Assembly: GCA_050287845.1 (NCBI GenBank)
Contig: JBNKCR010000148.1
Coordinates: forward strand, 37,411 to 101,410
Origin: Polyangia bacterium
GTDB taxonomy: Bacteria > Myxococcota_A > Polyangia > JAAYKL01
Length of the DNA stretch: 64,000 nt
Direction of reading: 5' to 3'
Under the pieces are notes generated by a model that worked only from the letters and a program-made list of their open reading frames with translations, ran no database searches and was not told the origin of the DNA. A program made the translations under genes and the position numbers. Below are positions 9,929 through 19,425 of the stretch, piece after piece; position 1 is the stretch's first letter, and each line of letters begins with the position of its first letter.

Positions 9929-10282
9929 TCAGCGGTGCGTCTGAGGGGGGCGCTCAATGCGCAGCTGGACTGCTGCCGGGGTGAGGAAATTTTTGGTCAA
10001 TACATGATACCCGGTCAATACCCGGGGAATTGGAGATGTGATGAATATTGTCTGCGGGACGACTTTTCCGTGTCCCGGACAGCACAGGCAGGCGCAGTCG
10101 TCGTCGCCACCGTTTTCACCATGGTGATGAGAACAGGGAGAATGATGACGATGGGTCACATGATGAGAATGATCGGAAAGCACGGTGGGACTCCCGGGAA
10201 CCACCGCCACTGCGACCGATGGTTGCACAATGGTCCAGAGAAGAACTGTTGCCAACATCGTCTGTAAAAAATATCTGGTCAT
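9929..10282 (-). CDS. small secreted His/Cys-rich protein, putative periplasmic metal-binding accessory of the efflux operon
   Basis: Signal peptide MTRYFLQTMLATVLLWTIVQPSVAVA, then HSHHVTHRHHSPCSHHHGENGGDDDCACLCCPGHG. Directly upstream of the OMF gene and co-directional with it. The ATG at 10282 is preferred over 10312 (weak GGGA upstream). Coding status is inferred, not proven. Confidence 0.5.
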   Translation of the reverse strand: MTRYFLQTMLATVLLWTIVQPSVAVAVVPGSPTVLSDHSHHVTHRHHSPCSHHHGENGGDDDCACLCCPGHGKVVPQTIFITSPIPRVLTGYHVLTKNFLTPAAVQLRIERPPQTHR

Positions 10283-10688
10283 TCCCGCTTCTTTGTATTC
10301 ACCAGTTCGCATTTCCAGAAAATGGAAACGCGTCCCATCCGTGTTCCATGAATAATTAAGCGAATGAGTACCGATTTGTCAACACGCGCAGATACAGATT
10401 CCGTGGTCCGATGACCGCGCTGAACATCTTGCCCGGTGCCGCTTGCGTTGCACTCGGGTCCGTTTTGCCCGCTCCCGGGGTTGAACGCAGGTATCTGTTG
10501 TCCACGAACACTGAATTCTCGCGCTTTTTTATCGGAACCGTTGTCAATCCGCCGGATTGCGTGACTTTTTTCAGCAGAACAGGCATTGCGGATGCCAACA
10601 CAACCGGCGGGTACTTGCGGACTTGCGGGTGATGCAGTAAATGTGAAATAAAATATATTGTTCGCGATCATGTTGAAAGGGAGATTGA

Positions 10689-11882
10689 ATGATTGGACTG
10701 GTATTGGAAGGTGGCGGTGCCAAAGGCGCATATCACATCGGTGTTTATCGCGCTTTGATCGAATCAGGCATTTCGATTGACGGTGTTACGGGTTCCTCCA
10801 TTGGCGCAATCAATGGTGCAATCATTGCGCAGGGAGATGGGGTTCTGGCATGGGATATCTGGTCCGGGATGACCAATCAGGCTGTGTTTGACATAGACGA
10901 ACAGTTTGAGCGCGAACTTCGAACGACAGGTCTTTCGGTTTCAACCATTTCCAACGGTATATCCATTATAAAAAAAATGGTCCATGATGGAGGTATCGAC
11001 ACTGGAAAAATAAAAGCGTTTATTGATAGACATATCGACGAGAAGCGCTTGAGGGAATCCAGTGTCGATTTTGGTCTGGTGACATACTCTATTACCAGCA
11101 GCACTCCAATGGAATTGATGCTTGAAGACATCCCCCATGGCAAATTGACCGACTATATTCTGGCAAGCGCGAGTTTTCCCGGGTTCAAGCTGGAGACGAT
11201 CGACGGTGAGCGTCTGGTGGATGGAGGTGTCTGGGATAATCTTCCGGTGTCGATGCTCCAGGACCGGGGGTATGATACGATTATTGCGGTGCGTACCAAT
11301 GCAGTGGGTCGGGTAAAAAAAACAAGTCAATTTGGAACGGTGCGAATTGATATTTGCCCGTCTGAGGACCTGGGATTGCTTCTGGACTTTGATCCGCAAC
11401 GGGAAACCCGAAACCTGAATCTGGGATATCTTGATACGTTGAGGCTTTATCGCGGCTTACTGGGAACCCGCTACTACATTGAACCACCTGCGAAATCTGA
11501 TTGGGCTTTTAACATGCTGGCTTCCCTTGAATCGGAGAAAATTTTACAGGTTGGAAAAATGCTGGGCATTCACCATTTGCCCGCCAGGCGTATGCTGTTC
11601 GAACAAATCGTGCCCAAAATTTCTGCCATTCTGGGTATTGACAACACGATTGACTACAATGATCTGGTAATAATGGCCTATGAAATTGTGGCGGAGAAGC
11701 TCTCTATTGACAGGCTCCGGATTTATACAATCGAAGAATTACTGCAACAGGCCAAAAACGCGTATCTATCCAGGGAACAAAAAATGCCGCGATTTCTGTC
11801 AACGCTCGCAAGGGGTGATGCCCGGTTAGCCCGCCTGGTCAAAGAGGATGTATTGGATTTATTGTTGAGTATTTTTTTGTAA
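10689..11882 (+). CDS. patatin-like phospholipase family protein
   Basis: GGGAKGAYHIGV oxyanion loop, GSSIG (GxSxG nucleophile) and LVDGGVWDNLP (catalytic Asp motif). RBS AAGGGAG lies 6 nt upstream of the ATG. Confidence 0.85.
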   Translation: MIGLVLEGGGAKGAYHIGVYRALIESGISIDGVTGSSIGAINGAIIAQGDGVLAWDIWSGMTNQAVFDIDEQFERELRTTGLSVSTISNGISIIKKMVHDGGIDTGKIKAFIDRHIDEKRLRESSVDFGLVTYSITSSTPMELMLEDIPHGKLTDYILASASFPGFKLETIDGERLVDGGVWDNLPVSMLQDRGYDTIIAVRTNAVGRVKKTSQFGTVRIDICPSEDLGLLLDFDPQRETRNLNLGYLDTLRLYRGLLGTRYYIEPPAKSDWAFNMLASLESEKILQVGKMLGIHHLPARRMLFEQIVPKISAILGIDNTIDYNDLVIMAYEIVAEKLSIDRLRIYTIEELLQQAKNAYLSREQKMPRFLSTLARGDARLARLVKEDVLDLLLSIFL

Positions 11883-12171
11883 ACACGCCGAACGACATTC
11901 GAATTCATCGCCCCTGTACTCCATGATGAGCTGTACCACGTATATCGGGAACTGAGCACCATGGCCAAAGCAAACCGGTTCTCCGCAGAGGAACTCGGTA
12001 TCGTTCACAGCATTTTAAAGATCTGCGGATAGTATGATGATCTGGAAAAACTGCACTACCGGTGTGAATGACCCCTCGTGAACAGCGGCCATCGATTGCT
12101 TTTTTTTGATTCACCGAAACAAGGTAACAGGTTACGCTGATAAAAAAATTAACCGAAGGATCACGCAACTC

Positions 12172-12957
12172 ATGCACGCCACTGAAGCGCTGATAACAGA
12201 GATACGGTGTTTGGGGATAGACGCCAGTCGTCCGCTAATGGTGCATTCGTCAATGAAAGCGGTTGGCGCGGTTCGAAATGGCGCGGATGGGGTTCTGGAT
12301 GCATTTATTTCTGTTATGCACGATGGATTGCTGATTTTCCCCACTCATACCTGGGCCAGCATGTTTCGAGATAACGCCATATTCAACCCCGATGTTGAAC
12401 CATCATGCGTCGGCATATTATCTCAAAAATTTCAAAAGCGGGCTGGTGTCGTGCGGTCGCTGCATCCCACCCATTCAGTTGCGGCGCTGGGCAATCACGC
12501 CACCGCGTTTGTTGACGGCGAAGAAAACAGGAGAACACCCTGCCCGCGCGACGGTGTGTACGGCAAGTTATACAATCTCGATGCCCGCATTTTATTTATG
12601 GGGTGTACATTCAGGGCCAATACCCTGATTCACGGTGTTGAAGAATGGGTAAATATTCCAAAGCGCCTTACTCCCCTGCCTCACCCCATGAAAGTGCGCA
12701 TGCCCGACGGTCGACTGCACGACTGTCCCATGCACGGTCACGACATTATCACGTCCGGAGAGTTCTGGCACAATTATCAGAAACTGACTGAACCGCTCAT
12801 GGCCGCCGGCATCTGTATTGAGGGACGCATCGGAGAGGCGAGGTGTCTGCTGTGCGATGCACGCCCCATGGTTGACTTCACTCGCAGTCTGCTGGAACGG
12901 GATCCCGAACTGTTCAGCCATCCGAACCCGGTTCCCCCGGCATGGTACCTGCCGTAA
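12172..12957 (+). CDS. AAC(3)-family (aminoglycoside 3-N-acetyltransferase-like) acetyltransferase
   Basis: LMVHSSMKAVGAVRNGADGVLDAFISV...LLIFPTHTW...SLHPTHSVAALG...RILFMGCTFRANTLIHGVEE matches my recollection of the Antibiotic_NAT fold family. ATG 12172 (GAAGGA upstream) gives 261 aa, typical for the family. The real substrate is unknown. Confidence 0.72.
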   Translation: MHATEALITEIRCLGIDASRPLMVHSSMKAVGAVRNGADGVLDAFISVMHDGLLIFPTHTWASMFRDNAIFNPDVEPSCVGILSQKFQKRAGVVRSLHPTHSVAALGNHATAFVDGEENRRTPCPRDGVYGKLYNLDARILFMGCTFRANTLIHGVEEWVNIPKRLTPLPHPMKVRMPDGRLHDCPMHGHDIITSGEFWHNYQKLTEPLMAAGICIEGRIGEARCLLCDARPMVDFTRSLLERDPELFSHPNPVPPAWYLP

Positions 12958-13088
12958 ATGCAGATGGAAAGGGAACTGCGTGTAGTTGGATAATTTCTTC
13001 GTTTTCCTCCGAACACGGTATGGTAGAGCCATCGCCGCGACCGTACCAGCTGGCATTGCGTGAACTGAATCTGAATCCATGCGACACG

Positions 13089-14459
13089 TTATGTCAGTAC
13101 GATTGGCTGGGTTGTATCGTCCAGCTTTTCTCCCGCAAACATCGAATACTGTTTATAATCAGTCGTCTGAGAAATAGTAATCGCCTGACTCAAATCCCAC
13201 AGAATGTCTTCAATGTCCTCTATGCCAACGCTCAAACGGATGGTTTCCGGGGAGACGCCGGCTGATTTCTGCTGCGCCGGGGTCAATTGACTGTGTGTGG
13301 TGCTCGCAGGGTGAATGGCCAGACTCTTGGCATCCCCGATATTGGCCAGATGACTGAACAGCTTCAGGTTGTTAATGAACAGTTTGCCTGCATCCAGACC
13401 GCCTTTGATACCAAAACTGAGGACAGCACCGGCCCCCTTTGGGAAATACCGTTTTGCCAGATCATGATCCGGATGAGACGGCAGTGATGGATGGGACACC
13501 CAACTGACATCGGGATGGTCATAGAGAAAACGAGCGACCTTCTCAGTGTTGTATACATGGCGCTCCATCCGCAGACTCAACGTTTCCAGCCCCTGTAGAA
13601 ACAGCCATGAATTCATGGGCGCCTGACATGCACCAAGGTCTCTGAGAACCTGCACGCGAGCTTTCACTATATATGCCGTTGGTCCCAGGCTGGCATAAAT
13701 GAGGCCATGATAACTTTCATCGGGTGCAGTAAAATCGGGGAAACGTCCAGAACCGGCCCAGTCAAAATTGCCCGCATCTATAATCATTCCCCCGATAGCG
13801 GTACCGTGCCCACCAATAAATTTAGTGGTTGAGTACACAACAATATTGGCGCCCCATTCAATGGGACGGCACAAATACGCGGTTGCGAATGTGTTGTCTA
13901 TCATAAGAGGAAGTCGATGTTTCCGTGCAATACTGCTGACCGCTTCAAAGGGAAAAACGTTAATACTCGGATTTCCCAGTGATTCCCCGAATATCAGTTT
14001 GGTGTTTTCTCTGATTGCGCCTTCGAAATTGGCAGGATCGGCAGGATCAACAATCGATACCTCTATACCGAGCTTTCGAAATGCGAATACAAACTGGTTA
14101 TACGACCCGCCATACAGTGTCGAAGCGCTGATGAAATGGTCACCGGCGCTGCAAATTGTCTGTATGGCCATCATCTGCGCAGCAAGGCCGGAACTGGCTG
14201 CCAATGCACCGACACCACCTTCCAGGTCAGCCATGCGCCGTTCAAACACATCCGTCGTGGGATTCATGATACGCGTGTATATGTTGCCTGTTTCCTCAAG
14301 GGAAAAAAGACGCGCTGCGTGATCCGTGTCCCGAAACACAAAGGATGTTGTCTGGTGAATCGGCACGGCCAATGCACCGGTTGCGGCGTCGGGAGATTGT
14401 CCGGCATGAAGCTGCCTTGTGGCAAACTTCATCCGTCTTGATTTCGTTGAATCGCTCAT
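13089..14459 (-). CDS. metY: O-acetylhomoserine aminocarboxypropyltransferase / sulfhydrylase
   Basis: PLP Cys/Met-metabolism family: KFATRQLHAGQ...PIHQTTSFVF, PLP-lysine context VVYSTTKFIGGHGTAIGG, C-terminal LSVGIEDIEDI. ATG 14459 is preceded by GGAAAGGAAA. Confidence 0.9.
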   Translation of the reverse strand: MSDSTKSRRMKFATRQLHAGQSPDAATGALAVPIHQTTSFVFRDTDHAARLFSLEETGNIYTRIMNPTTDVFERRMADLEGGVGALAASSGLAAQMMAIQTICSAGDHFISASTLYGGSYNQFVFAFRKLGIEVSIVDPADPANFEGAIRENTKLIFGESLGNPSINVFPFEAVSSIARKHRLPLMIDNTFATAYLCRPIEWGANIVVYSTTKFIGGHGTAIGGMIIDAGNFDWAGSGRFPDFTAPDESYHGLIYASLGPTAYIVKARVQVLRDLGACQAPMNSWLFLQGLETLSLRMERHVYNTEKVARFLYDHPDVSWVSHPSLPSHPDHDLAKRYFPKGAGAVLSFGIKGGLDAGKLFINNLKLFSHLANIGDAKSLAIHPASTTHSQLTPAQQKSAGVSPETIRLSVGIEDIEDILWDLSQAITISQTTDYKQYSMFAGEKLDDTTQPIVLT

Positions 14460-15106
14460 TGTGTCAGTTTCCTTTCCTGGAGAATGGTTCTTTGCCAAGG
14501 TCCCCGGCAAATCCGTTTAATTCAGTAACGTCCACTTCCCAAAAATAGTAATATCAAATAGATAGAAATGTGGTATTTGGTCAAGTAAGCGATATAATTG
14601 CCGGCAGATATACGCGTGCCGGCGCGAAAAAGCCGTTAACGGCAGAACGCCTGGCATCCAGACAGTCAATTCGGGCGAACACGAGGTCCGCCTCTATGTT
14701 GAATGAATCATCCGGTGACAGCGCCAGCATGCGGTGCAACAGCCCGCAGCAGGAGGTGCTGTTTGTACGGTTCAAATTGATATACGGCAGGTGACAGACT
14801 GTTCAGCGATTTTTTTTAACTGTTACCATTCAGATGCCTGCATCAGGCAGGTGTTGAAATATGGGAGTTTTTCCTGAAATAGTGGAATCATCCTTCGGTG
14901 ACTGTAGCACGGATTTTTTCAAGCCTGGGAATGGCCGATGCCGGCATCCGGAGCTGCGGACATCGTAAGTGCAAAAGCCATTTCGTCTTTAACTTCCCGC
15001 TGGATGATGACGGTATGAAGGGAAACGATCTCGTACATTTTTCTGGGAAGGGCGACGGGGGGAATCAGCCCCCTTGATCTATCCAGGCGCGTCAGGAGTG
15101 AAACGG

Positions 15107-15634
15107 ATGAAGAGAGTACCTGTGGGCATATTGACAGCTGCAATGGCGATGTCACTTCTGGTAGGTGGAATCGCAGGATTCTTCCTTGGTGTCGCATCGA
15201 CCAAAGCGGGTGCAGCGTTTTTGATAAATCTGGTTGGACAGGAGCAACAAGCCGAAACAGGAATGCCCAGGAAACTGGTTCGAGAGCGATTCGAACTGCG
15301 CTATCCGAAAAACTGGAAGATTGATGTGGATGATGCAGACTACGATCCAGACCAGATGTTCTCCATCGATAGCCCCGGCGCAGCATATGTGATGTTCGTG
15401 CTGGGGAACATGGAGACGAATCCGGAAGACAGTCTTAAAGAGTATATTCATTCGTTCTCAAAATTGATGGACAAACCGGCTATTCAACCGTTTGAGACGT
15501 ACGGACAGATCCATGGCAAAGGGGCAATCCTTCAAGGCAAACTGATGGGAATCAAAACAATCGTCAAAGTTTTTGCCTGTTACTCACAGGGCGTGACGGC
15601 TATCATTGTGCAACAGTATCTGCTGAGGATTTGA
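15107..15634 (+). CDS. hypothetical membrane-anchored protein
   Basis: ATG 15107 lies 9 nt after AGGAG. N-terminal TM/signal anchor (VPVGILTAAMAMSLLVGGIAGFFLGV), then a ~140-aa soluble domain. I recognise no motif. Confidence 0.5.
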   Translation: MKRVPVGILTAAMAMSLLVGGIAGFFLGVASTKAGAAFLINLVGQEQQAETGMPRKLVRERFELRYPKNWKIDVDDADYDPDQMFSIDSPGAAYVMFVLGNMETNPEDSLKEYIHSFSKLMDKPAIQPFETYGQIHGKGAILQGKLMGIKTIVKVFACYSQGVTAIIVQQYLLRI

Positions 15635-16167
15635 AATATGTAGAGAACGGTTTGTCACTCATTGAGAGATCATTTATCCTGAAACCGGGAAAAAAACAGA
15701 ATTCTCCTCACAAGGCGGATGCTGGCGAAGGCTTGTAGCCGCACCCGATCCGCGACGTTCCACCCAGGGAAAGATGAGAACGGATTTATACGCCGCACAA
15801 TTTTTAGTTCCGGCATCCGGAAGGCATGCGACATCATATGCGTCACAATTAATGCATTGCATGTATGCCCAGCAATGTAAAACCGGCGTGCTCCTGGCAA
15901 AAGCATCACATTTTGCCGTCCCCAAAGCATCTATGTCCCCGTACAGGGGGGATCAGGGATGATTGGTGCGGGCAATGCGTGTGTATCGCACGGGTCTGAA
16001 GCAGCAGCGACACGAAAGACCAGGATATTCCGGACGGCTGAACCGCGTCACAGGATTTACTTTTCTCCCCTGCGAAAGTCCAATTTTCACTGCTGACTGT
16101 TTCGCACAATCCTCACCCGCGTTGAAACTCCATATTCAGCTGTTAATCAAGAAATCGAGAACCGACC

Positions 16168-16197
16168 CCAGATCTCGACCCAGATCTTGCCAGATCT
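16168..16197. repeat. three direct copies of CCAGATCT (contains the AGATCT palindrome) at 12- and 10-bp spacing
   Basis: Read directly: CCAGATCT at 16168-16175, 16180-16187 and 16190-16197. They lie in the non-coding gap just 3' of the hydrolase gene. Confidence 0.8.
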
Positions 16198-16220
16198 TGA
16201 TTGACCGACGACTGGTGTTG

Positions 16221-17078
16221 TTACTTGTCAGCAATCCGTAAAAGAAGTTTCGTGAGATGCCTGGGGCGAGAGAAGAAGGGAGAGTGGTCTGAGTGGATGG
16301 TGAACACTTCATCGCAAGGGGTTGTTGTATACATATATTCCTGAATGTCAGGTGAAATGGAGTTGTCGTTGGTAGTGGTTATATAGTAACGGGGAACGCT
16401 TCCAAAATTCTGTTCAGAAACAGATACCGGGGTGACGATTGGAAGCAGCGGATTGACTACCAGAAGGGATTTCGCCAGAGTAATATCTGATTCTGGTGAC
16501 ATGCCATAGAACGCCTCCTCTGTAACATCTCTATTGATATCCAGAATGCCATTTCCAGGGATAAGGTTGGCACCAACAGTGGATTCTGTATCAATGGTGG
16601 CAATGTCAAAAAGGGAAACACCATCTTCAAGTAAAAATGCGGCGAGATAAATGAGTTTGTCAATGGAATCAGGACGTGCTTCTGCTGCCATTGAGATGGC
16701 AACACCTCCCATGCTATGCCCAACTAAAACAACAGGTTCATTTGCATCATCTATCGCTTCAATCACTCGGTTTGCGTAGTCGGCAAGAGTGACCGTTTCC
16801 GGGGCTGTTCTGTCAATCCCGTGGCCAGGCAAGTCAACAACAGTGACTTTGTGTCCCGCTTTTTCCAGTTGAGTCTGAACCTTGTACCAGACCCAGCCAC
16901 CATGCCAGGCACCGTGAACCAGGATGAAGTGATAAGTGTCAAAACATTTCGGTGTGTTTTTATGACCCGCCTCTGATTTTTGAGGACTGACACTCGCGAG
17001 TGCGAAGGCCAACAGAAAAACAGCCAACACTTGTAAAACATGAGATTTTTGATTGTTACCATGAGAGAACCAGTTCAT
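16221..17078 (-). CDS. secreted alpha/beta-hydrolase (esterase-like)
   Basis: Signal peptide, FILVHGAWHGGWVWYKV...VDLPGHG and nucleophile elbow GHSMGG. Strong RBS AAGGAGG upstream of the ATG at 17078. Confidence 0.8.
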   Translation of the reverse strand: MNWFSHGNNQKSHVLQVLAVFLLAFALASVSPQKSEAGHKNTPKCFDTYHFILVHGAWHGGWVWYKVQTQLEKAGHKVTVVDLPGHGIDRTAPETVTLADYANRVIEAIDDANEPVVLVGHSMGGVAISMAAEARPDSIDKLIYLAAFLLEDGVSLFDIATIDTESTVGANLIPGNGILDINRDVTEEAFYGMSPESDITLAKSLLVVNPLLPIVTPVSVSEQNFGSVPRYYITTTNDNSISPDIQEYMYTTTPCDEVFTIHSDHSPFFSRPRHLTKLLLRIADK

Positions 17079-17666
17079 GAGCGACCTCCTTGAGTAGAAT
17101 TGTGTAATTCAATTGTAAATGAATAAAATTTTTTTCTACAACGGATTTTTTTGCTGTATATATATTTTTTTTGAAGTTTTTGTAAGAACGATGGAAAATG
17201 TGCACTTAAACGGGAATGGATTTCCCCAAATAAACCTGAATCAGTTCACACCTTCAAAAGTGACAGTCAAATTTTTCCTGAGGGAGGAGGTCGGGCAGGC
17301 ATTCAGTTCATCTTTTGTAAAGGCAGAAGTTGTGGGACGGCATCTTACCACCACAATGTTTACATCCAATTGTAGATCGATACGACTCTCAGTTGTGTCT
17401 GTTCATCGCTCAATCAGCGTTGCGGACTACCACGCTTCTGATATTTTCCATATTTGTCGGTTTTTTCAGAAGCGCGCCGACGACATGTCATTTTCCCATC
17501 GCGGTGACAAGGGATGTCGCTGACCTCATCGCACATTCCGCGTTCTGCGCTACCGGGTACATGGGCAATTAGATGATCCGCGCAAAGCAACTACCCAGTT
17601 GTTGACTGCGGTTGAATGAGCGATGTATGATTCAGTTAAAACGTGAAAACATCTTCCGGAGGAATT

Positions 17667-18194
17667 ATGACCTACGCTACAGAAGTATTTGGCGCACTGA
17701 TACAGGGATATGTCTCCGCCTGTCGAAATCTGAATCTCTTTGCCAGCCAACAGGTGAATAAGATTATCCAGGACCTTCAAGTCACCAACTGGTATTCCCT
17801 CGAGGATTTCCTTGCGCTCCAGAATATCGTTAAGGATACCTACAATAACTCTCCTGTCATTTTTGAAAACGTTGGCGTTGAGATGATGAAAAACTGGTAT
17901 GAATACGGGCCAGGCAAGGATTTGGTGAAAACCGGTGTGGATTTTCTCACGTTCCAGACTGGTTCAGATGGTTATTATAGTGTCATCAAAGGACCAGCAC
18001 AGTCCATTGGGGAATTCAAGCTGACCAGTCTGGACGAAGAAAAAGGCGTGGCTGTGATTGAAAGCTCTACGCCGTTCAACAGGGATATAGAGCGGGGGGT
18101 CATATTAGGCGGAATGAAAGCGCCGGGGGATCTGAGTTTTCTTACCGTCAAAAACAATGAAAATGAGAATCGGTTTATCATCAACTTTTTCTAG
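17667..18194 (+). CDS. hypothetical cytoplasmic protein (possibly DUF2378-like, very tentative)
   Basis: ATG 17667 lies 5 nt after GGAGG. 175 aa with no TM and no motif I can name with confidence. Confidence 0.5.
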   Translation: MTYATEVFGALIQGYVSACRNLNLFASQQVNKIIQDLQVTNWYSLEDFLALQNIVKDTYNNSPVIFENVGVEMMKNWYEYGPGKDLVKTGVDFLTFQTGSDGYYSVIKGPAQSIGEFKLTSLDEEKGVAVIESSTPFNRDIERGVILGGMKAPGDLSFLTVKNNENENRFIINFF

Positions 18195-18426
18195 ATTCAT
18201 GCAATTCTCAGTTCATCGATTCTGAACGCATTGTCCTGCCGAATCAAAAGACCATCATGTAGGAAAATTTGCAATTCAAGTTTTGTTGCCGTTTTGATGA
18301 ATGGCTGATAGAACGGCCATGAAAATGGGTACAGTGCGATTCGCTCATTGTCAGAATTCATTGGGTTTTTTCTGTGTGTACTGCTATGATTTCATCATAT
18401 TGAAACGCTTTCTGAAGGAGGAAATC

Positions 18427-19422
18427 ATGCCGGATACCGGGAACCCCATCGAATTCAACGTGGGCAAGTATCTGACTCTGGAATACAAGGGCATCGGCAC
18501 ATTCGTGGAAATCCGAAACCAGCAGAATGGTGAATATATATGGTGTGACCCCTGGATTACCGATGCCTATCCGTTGGCCCGGGAAGCCCTGGAACTCAAT
18601 CTGATTAAAGATTATCTGAAACAGCACGACGCGGAGCATAAACTGAAGGGAATCCTCATCTCCCACACCCATGGGGATCATTTTGCCGATGTGCCTGCGA
18701 TTATGGCAGAGCTGGGTGGCGCGACACACCCGCCAAAGGTGTATGGAGACGCCAACGTTCAGAGTCTCGTGTGTCAGTACTTTGCTGTGGACCCCGGATA
18801 TCAGAACAACTACGGGTTCTACAGTGGGTTTCAGTCTGCGGCGTTTCAACAGCGGGAGTTGTCCCTGAGAGGTGATATTCAGGACCCCGGCGATCGCAAT
18901 AAATACGGGCTGGCCCACGACTTTGCAAAAATGGATGGCGCATTTCTTCTGCCGGATATCGCTGACCGGAATCAACCCCGTTATTTTTATCTGCGGGTGA
19001 CCCCCGTTCGCTGGGTTCATTCGTCGGTGCCGGACATTATTCTGGGGTCGGGCAGAGATCTTTCCAACGATCCCGGATTACGCACAAAGTATGTGACGGA
19101 TCCGAAAGACACCACGTGTCCAAGTCTGCATCTGTACGGATTTGTGTTTGAGCTTTTTCGGCGGAAAAAAGGCGAAGACAAATCAGAGATGCGCGCCAAT
19201 TTTGCGCTGATTCCAGGTCCGTCACCCGATGGTGAAGCGGCGTGGAAGATGTTTTTTGAAAAGACCGGCGATTGGGCGGTGCCGTTCAATCATTTCTTTT
19301 ATGTGCCGAGTGCCGAGGATTTTATTCACGGGCGAAAACTGATGGATGGGGTGAATGTAAAGCCGCTGGCGGTGGACGGTGGCAAGTGGAATATTTTTCA
19401 TACCGCAGATGGGAAGTTGTAA
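18427..19422 (+). CDS. MBL-fold metallo-hydrolase
   Basis: ILISHTHGDHFADV (HxHxDH zinc motif). Strong RBS GAAGGAGG lies upstream of ATG 18427. No signal peptide. Confidence 0.65.
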   Translation: MPDTGNPIEFNVGKYLTLEYKGIGTFVEIRNQQNGEYIWCDPWITDAYPLAREALELNLIKDYLKQHDAEHKLKGILISHTHGDHFADVPAIMAELGGATHPPKVYGDANVQSLVCQYFAVDPGYQNNYGFYSGFQSAAFQQRELSLRGDIQDPGDRNKYGLAHDFAKMDGAFLLPDIADRNQPRYFYLRVTPVRWVHSSVPDIILGSGRDLSNDPGLRTKYVTDPKDTTCPSLHLYGFVFELFRRKKGEDKSEMRANFALIPGPSPDGEAAWKMFFEKTGDWAVPFNHFFYVPSAEDFIHGRKLMDGVNVKPLAVDGGKWNIFHTADGKL

Positions 19423-19425
19423 TTT

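Noticed and set aside
10689-11882. Patatin-like lipase as a CBASS (CapV-like) effector
   Set aside because: No CD-NTase/cyclase, E1/E2/JAB or other CBASS component lies within several kb. The neighbours are a metal-efflux operon and an acetyltransferase.
11883-12032. The reading frame stays open for 49 codons after the patatin TAA stop (…EFIAPVLHDELYHVYRELSTMAKANRFSAEELGIVHSILKICG), suggesting a nonsense-truncated C-terminus or read-through
   Set aside because: An open run of 49 codons is roughly a 10 percent event by chance. The patatin protein is already long (397 aa) and ends after a plausible helical domain. There is no independent support.
14580-14800. SAM-I riboswitch upstream of metY
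   Set aside because: I read the minus strand for the conserved S-box core and did not find it. Only generic hairpins are present. It is kept as a low-key finding about the long leader, not as a feature.
17411-17536. 41-codon minus-strand ORF (MCDEVSDIPCHRDGKMTCRRRASEKTDKYGKYQKRGSPQR) in the 590-bp gap between the hydrolase and the 17667 gene
   Set aside because: No Shine-Dalgarno sequence and no motif I recognise. It cannot be supported without conservation or expression data.
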